Source: an uncultured virus (IMG/VR IMGVR_UViG_3300028888_000118)
Taxonomy: Duplodnaviria > Heunggongvirae > Uroviricota > Caudoviricetes
DNA: 64,000 nt
Strand: one strand, 5' to 3'
IMG/VR virus record: IMGVR_UViG_3300028888_000118
In this document: positions 34,526 through 44,114 of the stretch, in pieces
Layout: each line of letters begins with the position of its first letter
How positions within the stretch are numbered: the stretch's first letter is position 1
Made by a program: the position numbers and the translations under genes
The notes under the pieces: model-generated
The model's database searches: none
Told to the model about the DNA's origin: nothing
What the model saw: only the letters and a program-made list of their open reading frames with translations

Positions 34526-35242
34526 GCGATTTTGAGAAAATATTCATGAAAACTTAGTACAATTATTATGTACTATTTTGTATAATGTGTACAAAACACT
34601 ATTTATATTCTTTCTTCAAACAACTCACATGCGGCAGTGTTAAATCCAATAGAATCTCCGGATCGTCTGCACCAACCAGTTCCATCACAATGAGCACATC
34701 TGTCACAGCATACGATAGCTTCCATCGCAGTTCCCGGAGTGAAAACTGCTGTAGTTTCAGTATGCTCGGATGGCTTATTGATGTGAAGCATACCATTATA
34801 GTCAACAGTAACGATTGTATAGATTTTATCATCATATACAACCTTTGTGCCGATCCATGTCTCCTTAAGTGTTTCGATATATCTTGCATAATCCATAATA
34901 TACCTCCTAATCAGAGAATTGTAATAACCATCATATCATCATTATCAAACGTAGTAACTCGACACATCACAGAAGTAAGATCACAATATCCCTTCATAGC
35001 AAGTGCTGTTGCAATGTTTCCAAAACTAATGTCAGACATTCTTACACTGCAAATTCTTTTTACAGACCCACCCACACCGATACCCACTTCTACATAGAAC
35101 TTAATCTCACGGTCAGATTTATAGTGGTTAAGCATATTTGTCATTAAGTCGATAAGACCAATAACCTTAATATTGTTGTTGATGATTTTCTCAGGCTTCA
35201 TGATTTACTCCTTTCGCATTCATCCCGTTTCCTTACAAATAT

Positions 35243-35271
35243 AGTATAACATATTTTTTATGATTTGTCAA
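35243..35271 (-). promoter_or_regulatory. early promoter (terminator at ~35298-35326)
   Basis: TTGACA-17-TGtTATACT. Confidence 0.85.
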
Positions 35272-35348
35272 GTGGTTTTTGAAAATTTCTCAAAAAAAAT
35301 TGACGGATTATTGTAAACCCGTCAATTCATGTATATATTTGTTATAGA

Positions 35349-36086
35349 TTATTCTTCCTCATCTTCGTCATAGAAGTCATTGTCTTCGCCGCCAAGTTCA
35401 AATTCCTTTTCGCCATCCACGAAATCCAAATCTCCATCAAGCGTTTCACGATACCAGTCATGATAGCATACAAGACTATCATATTCACCGCTATTGAAAA
35501 GTCCCTCTGCGGCTTCTCTTGCAGAAGTATCAGTTGGATATGTTTCAATTGTATAACTGCCTGACATAAGGCGGTATTCATCAATAATTGTGTCTCCACT
35601 AACTGATCTATCAATATAATCAATGATATTCTCATCAGTTATCTTTGCAGTAATTCCGCCGCCATAGCTCTTGCGCTCAGATGCATTTGCAATAGTTCCA
35701 TCATATGTAGAATGACTATAGCCGCCACCATAATTGTACTTATTATCATCTCTCAGGAAGTCACCAATAATTGTTTCAATCAGTTCATCGTCAAACATAT
35801 ATTCACTGATCTCCGGTTCATCTTCATCATATTCATCAAGATAATAACTTAGATCACCCTCATCAATGATAATTTGAGATATTTCAATCGGTGCTTTTCT
35901 GATATTACCAGTTCCATAGTAATAAGAATTTGCTTCGACATCGAAAATAAGTCCAGTAGCAACTACATCAATGTATACCAAATCATCTCCGCTTATATCA
36001 ACAGAAAAATCTGTAACAGTGATATCATCATAATCTTTCCACTCTATTGTATATCCTGCACCCGGACCTTCAGTTAGTTTAATCAT
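35349..36086 (-). CDS. very acidic protein, candidate internal virion protein
   Basis: MIKLTEG start; D/E-rich. Confidence 0.55.
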   Translation of the reverse strand: MIKLTEGPGAGYTIEWKDYDDITVTDFSVDISGDDLVYIDVVATGLIFDVEANSYYYGTGNIRKAPIEISQIIIDEGDLSYYLDEYDEDEPEISEYMFDDELIETIIGDFLRDDNKYNYGGGYSHSTYDGTIANASERKSYGGGITAKITDENIIDYIDRSVSGDTIIDEYRLMSGSYTIETYPTDTSAREAAEGLFNSGEYDSLVCYHDWYRETLDGDLDFVDGEKEFELGGEDNDFYDEDEEE

Positions 36087-36113
36087 AATAAATCAAATCC
36101 TTTACAGTGTATA

Positions 36114-37133
36114 TTAGTATCCGATCTCGCGGAGAACATATCCTTTAATATTAGAAACGCTCTGCCCAATTCCATACTCATTGAAGTCATATTCTCCATT
36201 TTCATCTACAATGAATCTTACGTATAGTGTTACATCTTCTGTATCACTGTAAACTTCCTCATCCTCATCAAGTTCTACAAGATTGTCCTGTCTCTCTGCA
36301 ATTTTATAATCATTGATACTAATCTTACGTGCATTGTTTGATCTGATTGCTTCCTCGATAATGTACTCAACAATATAATTTGTTTTCTTCGTGAATACCG
36401 ATACAGGAATGTAAATAGCAGATTCCATGTAATCTGCATGATCTTCGGTCAAATAACCCTGTGAGTCTCTGTAATCATCCTCAAATTCTTCTCTAATTGT
36501 TAGCTTTTTAGCCATAGTGGACATCTCCTTACATTCATCTAAATCTTCTTCATCATCAAAATAGTCATCATCATCTAGGACTTTGCTTACAAATTCTTCA
36601 TCTGCAAGTAAATGCTCTTTAACCTCTTCTGTAATATCCTCGATAATCTTTTTTCCGCTTGCATCCGTTATATAAAATTTTGCAAATTCTGCGTCTGCCA
36701 GTTCATCAGCATCTTCCAAATCATACATTTCATCTTCATCATAAAACGCATACTCTGGAAGTTTCGCAATAACCTGATACAGCTTCTTAATAGCTGATTC
36801 TTTCTTTGCAAAATAATTTACATAACTGCTATCTGGATTCCAGAACTTCTTCTGTTCTGTAGCACTCTTTACAAGATATCCTGTAAAGTTCTTACTCTCT
36901 GTTTTAAGCTGTATTGCATTTGAATTGTCAACCTCTTTAATTAAACTCTCATTAGTGCAACATTGTTTACACAGTAACCTGAATCTTGCTTTAGCTTTTG
37001 ATACGTCACCATAAGTTTTCTTATTTAATATCTTTCCGTTCTCGGATGCAGTGACTTTATAACTTCCGCCATTATCAAGTGCTATCTCAATATAGACGTT
37101 TCCACATTCTTTGGAATCAATCACATTAGTCAT
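36114..37133 (-). CDS. acidic multi-segment protein, candidate internal virion polyprotein
   Basis: Internal SLIKE and KKLTIRE motifs; distinct leader. Confidence 0.5.
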   Translation of the reverse strand: MTNVIDSKECGNVYIEIALDNGGSYKVTASENGKILNKKTYGDVSKAKARFRLLCKQCCTNESLIKEVDNSNAIQLKTESKNFTGYLVKSATEQKKFWNPDSSYVNYFAKKESAIKKLYQVIAKLPEYAFYDEDEMYDLEDADELADAEFAKFYITDASGKKIIEDITEEVKEHLLADEEFVSKVLDDDDYFDDEEDLDECKEMSTMAKKLTIREEFEDDYRDSQGYLTEDHADYMESAIYIPVSVFTKKTNYIVEYIIEEAIRSNNARKISINDYKIAERQDNLVELDEDEEVYSDTEDVTLYVRFIVDENGEYDFNEYGIGQSVSNIKGYVLREIGY

Positions 37134-37240
37134 TCTCACACCGCCCATCTAGTATAATAATGCAGAATTAATTTCTACATTATTTAATGTGAATCGCTGT
37201 AAATTTTTTCGATGCATGGTTATATTTTTATTGGCATTCA

Positions 37241-38455
37241 TTAAAATAACTTCCTTTTTGATATACTATTTACAACCGATTCAACTCTCATTTTCCCAAC
37301 ATCACAATATGGATTCTCTGCATCATTGCATAGTTCAATATCTACATACGTCAGATTATAATTATCTTCTTTGTTTAGTTCTTCACACGCTACGGCATGA
37401 GTACAACTTCCGGCAGTAATATCAATTGTTATTCCGTTTATTGGAGTCATTAGTTTTATTAACCACTTGATCAATTCTTTTGGTTTTAGTGTTACATGTG
37501 GATTACGTTCACCGTTTGGTAGCAATCTTTCTTGCGGACTAACTTTAGGACAATAATGAAAAACATTAAACATTCTCGACCTACCGCCCTGATCTTTATA
37601 TCCACCTAGAGAATCATTTTGATAATTAGCATTTGTTTCTTGGTTATATGCTCCATAGATATTTCTCGCTCTATTCTTAGTAGATGCTTCGCCGCTACCA
37701 CCAGACGAATAAGATTCTCCGGCTTCATCATCAAAAACCTTTGCCGCAAATTCATCAAATACAATATTAGACGGAAATCTGCCACCTTCATTAGCACCTA
37801 CAGCAACGTCCTGTGCATACGCACCATACACTTTATCTGACTTATCACTATAATTTGTTGTTGGATTCTTAGACGCTTTTGCATTTATCATGTCAATATC
37901 GTCCTTAGATATTGGAACTCTACAAGCACCGATATTAAATGCACCGACTCCGTATTTTTCTATATTTTCTACATATGTTCCTTCTAGCGGTTTCTGAAAT
38001 ATTGTTATTGTTTCATGTGATGGTTTCAGTCCTGCTGTTTTCCAATCATCATACTTTTCAGATAAATCTTCATTATCACTAAACATCTTTCCAATGTCTT
38101 GATTGTGCGGCATTCCTGTACAGTATATATAATCAATTTCTTCAACAATGATAAATCCAGAATCTTCAAATGCACACTTCATTCTATGATTTGTTTTCGG
38201 ACTGCCGAAAATTGCTGTATAACTTCCCGGTTTCATTATTTCAAAAAGTGCTTGTGCTCTCAGTACGCACCAATCATAAAAATCGTGCTTTGATTTAGCA
38301 TCCCACTCTTTTCCCATAAATGAAATAGCATATGGAAAATCTGAAATACAACTATCTACTGAATTATATGGAAAAAGATCAATATCATCCATTACCTCTA
38401 AGTTATCTGCATGTATGATCTTTGATCCTTTATGTTCATATATAATACTTGACAT
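37241..38455 (-). CDS. DNA N6-A/N4-C methyltransferase (beta class)
   Basis: ISDFPY (DPPY variant), LKPSHE.I...QKP, GRFPSN, HVTLKP..LI.WLI, DITAGS. Confidence 0.85.
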   Translation of the reverse strand: MSSIIYEHKGSKIIHADNLEVMDDIDLFPYNSVDSCISDFPYAISFMGKEWDAKSKHDFYDWCVLRAQALFEIMKPGSYTAIFGSPKTNHRMKCAFEDSGFIIVEEIDYIYCTGMPHNQDIGKMFSDNEDLSEKYDDWKTAGLKPSHETITIFQKPLEGTYVENIEKYGVGAFNIGACRVPISKDDIDMINAKASKNPTTNYSDKSDKVYGAYAQDVAVGANEGGRFPSNIVFDEFAAKVFDDEAGESYSSGGSGEASTKNRARNIYGAYNQETNANYQNDSLGGYKDQGGRSRMFNVFHYCPKVSPQERLLPNGERNPHVTLKPKELIKWLIKLMTPINGITIDITAGSCTHAVACEELNKEDNYNLTYVDIELCNDAENPYCDVGKMRVESVVNSISKRKLF

Positions 38456-38540
38456 ATATAATCTCCTTAGAATAAACTCTAGTTATTGTGATCACTGTAA
38501 AAACAACTCCATTCAAAACAACGATTTTACCGTTTTTTTA

Positions 38541-39479
38541 TTATTCTCCCCTATTCTTTGGATATGGATATAGTTTATTCATAGACTCAAATTTCTTCCT
38601 AAGTCTCTTTGTTTCAAGTTTAGATGCTCCTAAAACATACACGTATTTATGCTTTGGCGGAATATCTATCTTTTCTGACTGATTTCTCATTTTTCTACTA
38701 TATTCACGTAATCTTAATTCAATATCATCTGGAATGTTCTCAAATATAACCTTATCACCTTTAGACCAACTTGAATCCCACGTAATGCCTAGATCGTTGG
38801 CGTATCGCTTATAATAACTTCTACTTCTGAATGTCCTATCTGATATAAGTTTTCCGCTGTACGGTGATATGTATTTTGCCGAAGCACCAAAATTATTTCC
38901 AAGATAATAAAAGTTTAATGATTGATAGATTGTACCTAACTCTTTAGCGGCGGGATCGGAATAAGCAGAAAATATACGGTATTGAGTATTCTTAACCATC
39001 CATTTAATACACCAACTAACAAACGCACTACCTAAACACTTAGGCGACCATGATATACACGCTCCACGCGATATCAATCTTTCAATATCTTTTGTATCAC
39101 TACCAAGCATGTTTGAATACGCCGTTGGATTACCCATCGTGACAACACCTGCAAGTATATCTTTGTAATACGCTCCAAAATAATGTGTCGTGTTTAGAGC
39201 GACATCACCTAACCATTCATGCCTTCGTATGAACAGTATTGCCCTATGCCTTTCTACATCATCACAAATGGGCTTGAATTCAAAATCATGCACTGTCAGT
39301 GTTGTATAATCAAATCCGTCTGGAAGTTGCTTTACATCATCTGACAGATTATTTAACCTTATATCATATTGCCAACAATAATCCTTATCGTAATTTTTAA
39401 TCCTATACAGTTGTATATCTTTTGGTGTATCTAATGACGTACAATCGAATAGTTTCTTTGGCATGTTGCCCTTTTTCAT
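38541..39479 (-). CDS. Mom-like (GNAT-fold) DNA modification protein
   Basis: FI.RHEW.G, LISRGA, YSDP...ELGTIYQSLNFYYLG, PKHKYVY.L, YPYPK. Confidence 0.75.
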   Translation of the reverse strand: MKKGNMPKKLFDCTSLDTPKDIQLYRIKNYDKDYCWQYDIRLNNLSDDVKQLPDGFDYTTLTVHDFEFKPICDDVERHRAILFIRRHEWLGDVALNTTHYFGAYYKDILAGVVTMGNPTAYSNMLGSDTKDIERLISRGACISWSPKCLGSAFVSWCIKWMVKNTQYRIFSAYSDPAAKELGTIYQSLNFYYLGNNFGASAKYISPYSGKLISDRTFRSRSYYKRYANDLGITWDSSWSKGDKVIFENIPDDIELRLREYSRKMRNQSEKIDIPPKHKYVYVLGASKLETKRLRKKFESMNKLYPYPKNRGE

Positions 39480-39509
39480 AATACAATAAACTCCTATAAT
39501 AGATAAGAA

Positions 39510-40400
39510 TTAAAAAAGACTCCTTTTAATAGGTTTCACAAAAGCTGAATTGTCACACTCATAATTAGTGACAAGAACCTCTCGCGTGATACCTTCATTC
39601 CCGTGTGATTGATAATTACAACCATCATAATCAATATCTATATCATAGACATATAGATTTTCTCTGTCTATCCAATTTTTTAATATATCGTTTGATAATC
39701 CTTTATGGTCTGTTACATTTGATAAAGCAAACTTAATATCTCTTGAAGATAGATTTGATAATAGATCATATAGTTCTATGTCATGTTGTTCTGTCCAACC
39801 GTCAAACCCACGCTTACCATCATTATATGTTCCGGTTGTGATAATGTACGGCGGATCGGCATATACGAAATCACCATATTGTAAATTAGTCAAATCAACA
39901 TTTCTAAAATCATTAACCGTGAATTTAATATCTTTTATACGTTTTACAAAATTTTTAAGATTAAAAAGTGTGTGATCATTAAATCGCCTAAACCCGAATG
40001 AACAGTTGAATTCTTTTTTACTATTAAACCTTATCATATTGCTGAAACTAAAACAGCTAAGAATAAACAAATCTATCGGATGCTGTGTTTTATTATAGTG
40101 ATCTCTGAATGTATTAAAACTGTCCGGATTATCTTCTGATAGATTGAATTCTGAAATAGTGTGATGAATATAGTTTAATATTTGCTGTATATCGTATTCC
40201 TGAAAACTTCTCACCGCATCTATCAGACAATCGTTTATATCATTTGCTATGCGTTTATTTGCACGTACATTTGCAACAACGTCACAGCCGCCGCAAAACA
40301 AATCTACAAAAGTATTGATATTATTAGGAAATCTAGGAATTATCTGATCTAGTATTCTATATTTATTTCCTATATAATTAAATGGAGATTTTATATACAT
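39510..40400 (-). CDS. Dam-family (D12 class) adenine methyltransferase
   Basis: SPFNYIGNK, FVDLFCGG, YADPPY, FALSN, EVLVTNY. Confidence 0.92.
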   Translation of the reverse strand: MYIKSPFNYIGNKYRILDQIIPRFPNNINTFVDLFCGGCDVVANVRANKRIANDINDCLIDAVRSFQEYDIQQILNYIHHTISEFNLSEDNPDSFNTFRDHYNKTQHPIDLFILSCFSFSNMIRFNSKKEFNCSFGFRRFNDHTLFNLKNFVKRIKDIKFTVNDFRNVDLTNLQYGDFVYADPPYIITTGTYNDGKRGFDGWTEQHDIELYDLLSNLSSRDIKFALSNVTDHKGLSNDILKNWIDRENLYVYDIDIDYDGCNYQSHGNEGITREVLVTNYECDNSAFVKPIKRSLF

Positions 40401-41155
40401 TAGAATAGTCTCTTCCTTTTTATTATATAATTTTTATTACTTTCATGAATAAACATCTTTTCAATTGCCGTGAACTTATCACATGCGTTTATATTTCGAC
40501 TAACCGGCATTTTCCAGATTTCAATGAAATCATCAGGCGCAGATAATTCTGAAATTATTACTATATTGTTTTGTGACAACTTTCTTGCAAATTCAAAGAA
40601 TTTCTCTGAATCAAAAGACGTTGCATACTCCTTTGTATCTGCATATGGCGGATCACAGTAAAATAGGCAATTCTTATAATCAGCGTATTCGTGATAATCA
40701 CAATGCCGGAAATCTATTCCTTTTAGATTCTGTGACATTAGATTAGTATAGTGCTCTTTGTAATAATCCCTGAATTTGCCATTATCAAATCCACTCTTAG
40801 CATATCCGCCGTCAAAAAATCTTCCGTTAAAAGATGCTAAGAAACCAACTTCACCAACAAACCAGTCTGCGTAGTTATTATCTGATTTTCCGTTATAGAA
40901 ATCTCTCACTTCATCATATAACTCTTTATTGCAATAACCTAATAGCTTTTCTCCATTTGATACGTGATCAAGTAATGCAATAAGGTATTTGTTTATATCA
41001 GAACCAATTTTAACATTTGCATCAATCCGGTCAATTACATTCGCTCCGCCCACAAACGGCTCTATGTATGTATCTATTTTATATTTATTTATATATTGCT
41101 GTATAATCGGAAGTATATATTTAGCTATTGCTGATTTACTGCCCATATAATTCAT
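40400..41155 (-). CDS. Dam-family (D12 class) adenine methyltransferase
   Basis: YMGSK, YIEPFVGG, YCDPPY, IISE..APDDF. Confidence 0.92.
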   Translation of the reverse strand: MNYMGSKSAIAKYILPIIQQYINKYKIDTYIEPFVGGANVIDRIDANVKIGSDINKYLIALLDHVSNGEKLLGYCNKELYDEVRDFYNGKSDNNYADWFVGEVGFLASFNGRFFDGGYAKSGFDNGKFRDYYKEHYTNLMSQNLKGIDFRHCDYHEYADYKNCLFYCDPPYADTKEYATSFDSEKFFEFARKLSQNNIVIISELSAPDDFIEIWKMPVSRNINACDKFTAIEKMFIHESNKNYIIKRKRLF

Positions 41156-41174
41156 ATTAAAATCACCTATATAT

Positions 41175-41203
41175 AGTATAGCACATTTATATTAAAAAGT
41201 CAA
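41175..41203 (-). promoter_or_regulatory. early promoter driving the DNA-modification cluster (terminator at ~41217-41255)
   Basis: TTGACT-17-TGcTATACT. Confidence 0.8.
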
Positions 41204-41274
41204 TAGGTTATTACAAAAAATATTCAGCAATAGAATATCTACTGCTGAATATTTTTGTTATTATGTTTATATTA

Positions 41275-41577
41275 TTAACCGTTGTACATCTTTGCAATTT
41301 GTTGCTTGCTTCCTGCTTTGAACCCGTGCTGTTGCAAGAATTCTTTAACGTGTCTAAGCGTTGTCTGTGAAGAATCCCATAGATCAAGAAGCGTTACCTC
41401 ATTTGTATTTGCATCAATTTCACAAACCGGAGTATTATAAGAATACAGCGTAATCTTTCCGCCACCAACTACAACTTTAGCTTTTCCGTAAAAAGACTTT
41501 CTGCTATCATACTGCGGAGAAAGTTCAGATACCTCTCCATTTACAAGTCTGCCAGATTCTTTAATTGTAAGTTTCAT
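41275..41577 (-). CDS. conserved small phage protein with MKLTIKE leader
   Basis: DSRKSFYGKA.V...LYSYNT.V...SQTTLRHVKEFL.Q. Confidence 0.6.
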   Translation of the reverse strand: MKLTIKESGRLVNGEVSELSPQYDSRKSFYGKAKVVVGGGKITLYSYNTPVCEIDANTNEVTLLDLWDSSQTTLRHVKEFLQQHGFKAGSKQQIAKMYNG

Positions 41578-41599
41578 AATACACAATCTCCTTTACTTA

Positions 41600-42415
41600 T
41601 TAGTGATTTCTGTACATCCAATAATACTTATCATCGAATTGGAATTCAATCTCATTTCCGTCATATCCTGCAAGAGCCTGTCCGCAACCGTCTGTATCTA
41701 CTACAAACTTTGCAAACGCTTCCTTGTTATAAAGACCATAATGTTCACATGCTTCTACGAAACCATCTTCTCCAAAGTGTTCAAGATACCATTGAATACC
41801 GTTGCTGTACCAACCGCACATATGGTCAGAAAGTCTGTCCACAAGTTCATACTCATCAACAATACAGTTATTATAGTCTGGGTCGCCAAATTCATCTTCT
41901 TCAAAATCAGTGTCATCAATAAGACCTGCATCCATACATTCTTCAACAAGACGGTTTTCATATTCTCTGGAACCCTCACTTGCATAGTCTTCACAAACAG
42001 ATTCCCAACCTTCTTTCATAGCATCATTGAACCAGTCAACGTCTACGAAATCTTCATCTTTGCGGTAATTTTCTGGAATTCCGATATCATCAATCAGAGA
42101 TTCCTCGTACTCAATTGCTTCAGCTTCTGCATCATCATAGTCATCAAATACAAAGTAGTCTCCTACATTGGACTCAAACTCGTGGTTGCTGTAAGAACAT
42201 TTAACCTCAAATTCATCATAAATTTCTTCGTAGGCTTCTTCTCTTGAATCTGCATCTGCCATTGCCTGTTCAAACGCTTCTCTAAAACTGCCGTACTCTT
42301 CTTCGATAAGATACATAAGCAGTGCGGAAAAACAATCAAAATCTCCAGTTTCAATATTCTCATTATAACAATAATCATACAGCCAATCAATAAATTCTAT
42401 TACGCCATTTTCCAT
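41600..42415 (-). CDS. very acidic protein, candidate internal virion protein or DNA mimic
   Basis: D/E-rich, DG.G..LA.YDG.E motif; distinct leader. Confidence 0.5.
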   Translation of the reverse strand: MENGVIEFIDWLYDYCYNENIETGDFDCFSALLMYLIEEEYGSFREAFEQAMADADSREEAYEEIYDEFEVKCSYSNHEFESNVGDYFVFDDYDDAEAEAIEYEESLIDDIGIPENYRKDEDFVDVDWFNDAMKEGWESVCEDYASEGSREYENRLVEECMDAGLIDDTDFEEDEFGDPDYNNCIVDEYELVDRLSDHMCGWYSNGIQWYLEHFGEDGFVEACEHYGLYNKEAFAKFVVDTDGCGQALAGYDGNEIEFQFDDKYYWMYRNH

Positions 42416-42912
42416 ATAAAACAATCCTTTCAATCGTAATAAACATATTTGTATTGTAGTGAATTTAATCACCACAATACATAATGTTGTACATAGCTTT
42501 TATTTACCACGAAACAGTTGTTTTTTTTTAATTCCTGTATTAATTGTATTCAAAGGAATACGCATACAGGATTCTACCGGATACTCGTGCAATCGTGAAA
42601 AAGAATTCATTGTCAGCGGCAAGATACCACTTGTCTTTCTTACCATACCTCTCTGCACGGTTATTCTCGATATAGGACTTAATGATCTTTTCCTTGTCAG
42701 TTCTGTCAACGAACATATAATCCATCTGCTTTACATTCCATCCGGTAAACTCTTTCAGCTTCTTTGTTTCAAGTGTTTCCATAAGCAACCTCACTTTCAA
42801 ACAATGATGATCACAGCAACATTCAAGGCTATTGCCAAGAACTCAGTTCTTACTGAAACCTTCGCTACTCCTGAACCGTCTGTGTCATCTTTCATCTCCC
42901 TCTTACATATAT

Positions 42913-42941
42913 AGTATAACACATTTCACAGCAAATGTCAA
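42913..42941 (-). promoter_or_regulatory. early promoter (hairpin at ~43009-43043)
   Basis: TTGACA-17-TGtTATACT. Confidence 0.85.
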
Positions 42942-43054
42942 GTAGTTTCAAGAAAAAAGTACGTAAAATTAGTTTTGGTATTTGAAAACCTTTTTATGCA
43001 ATATAGACAAAATCCGCCAACCATATTACAGGCTGACGGATTTGTGTGTTATGA

Positions 43055-43489
43055 TCATTTGAATGTAATAGTGCTATTATTTTTAAGGTATTCAACGACT
43101 TTTTCTGGTGTTCCGATAATTTCACCGTCAAAATTTATATCTCCTGTTTTTCTGTCGAAGTAGAACGTGAAATACGTCTTTTCCTTCGCAGAAACTTTTC
43201 CAGATTTAGTTAATTCATAGAATCCAACTCGAACACTGTCAACAGTTGCTTTATCGAATATAAAGACACCGTCAATTCCAAAATATTTAACAGCAACACC
43301 CTTATAAAGATCAACTTCTCCCACAGTAACCTCTTCAAGAATTGCTGTAACAATGTCACGGAGAGAGAACTGTGCTGCTATGTCTGCGGATATCCGCTTA
43401 TACATTATAGCGTTATATTCCTTATCAATCGCATCGTATGTCGTTCTATCATCATCATACTTCTTTCTGAGTTCTTCAAATTTACCCAT
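43055..43489 (-). CDS. early hypothetical protein (tandem paralogue)
   Basis: M.KFEEL...LTKSGKVS...G.I.FDGE..GTPE.VV..LKN. Confidence 0.65.
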   Translation of the reverse strand: MGKFEELRKKYDDDRTTYDAIDKEYNAIMYKRISADIAAQFSLRDIVTAILEEVTVGEVDLYKGVAVKYFGIDGVFIFDKATVDSVRVGFYELTKSGKVSAKEKTYFTFYFDRKTGDINFDGEIIGTPEKVVEYLKNNSTITFK

Positions 43490-43539
43490 ATTAAAATACC
43501 TCACTTTCATGTAACACACAGTCATTCATCTACACAGGC

Positions 43540-43977
43540 TCATTTAATTTTAAGCCAATCACATTCATTTTTAAGGAAATCAACAACTTCTTCAGGAGTT
43601 CCGCAAAATTCTCCGTCAAAGCCGATTTTCCCATCTTTCTCATAGTAATTGAAGTTAAGTGCTGTATCCTTTCTTTCAGAAACTTTTCCGGATTTTGTCA
43701 GCTTGTGAAATTCAAGTTCAATTCCATACCCTGTACGCTTACCAAGTTTAAGTGCTCCTTCAGTGTTTATATAAGACACATTAATACCGAGCGCAATATT
43801 AACATCATACCCTGCTACCTCAGAAAAAACAGCATTAACAATGTCAATAATAACTTCCTTTTTAGCGTTTTCTGCTTTTTCTTTTCTAGTGATGAATTCA
43901 GAATACTCACGTATAAGTTCTTCGCACACAGCCGCCGCTTCGGAATACATCTTAGCAAGTTCTTCAAACTTATTCAT
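43540..43977 (-). CDS. early hypothetical protein (tandem paralogue)
   Basis: Same motifs as 43055. Confidence 0.65.
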   Translation of the reverse strand: MNKFEELAKMYSEAAAVCEELIREYSEFITRKEKAENAKKEVIIDIVNAVFSEVAGYDVNIALGINVSYINTEGALKLGKRTGYGIELEFHKLTKSGKVSERKDTALNFNYYEKDGKIGFDGEFCGTPEEVVDFLKNECDWLKIK

Positions 43978-44022
43978 AAGTTACCTCGCTTTCAGTCTTT
44001 AGCCACTCTTTCTTACATATAT

Positions 44023-44051
44023 AGTATAGCATATTTTATAGCAAATGTCAA
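44023..44051 (-). promoter_or_regulatory. early promoter (terminator at ~44075-44106)
   Basis: TTGACA-17-TGcTATACT. Confidence 0.85.
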
Positions 44052-44114
44052 GTAATTTCCAGAAACTTATAAATAAAAATCTGCATAAGGATTGATGCAG
44101 ATTTTTGTACATAT

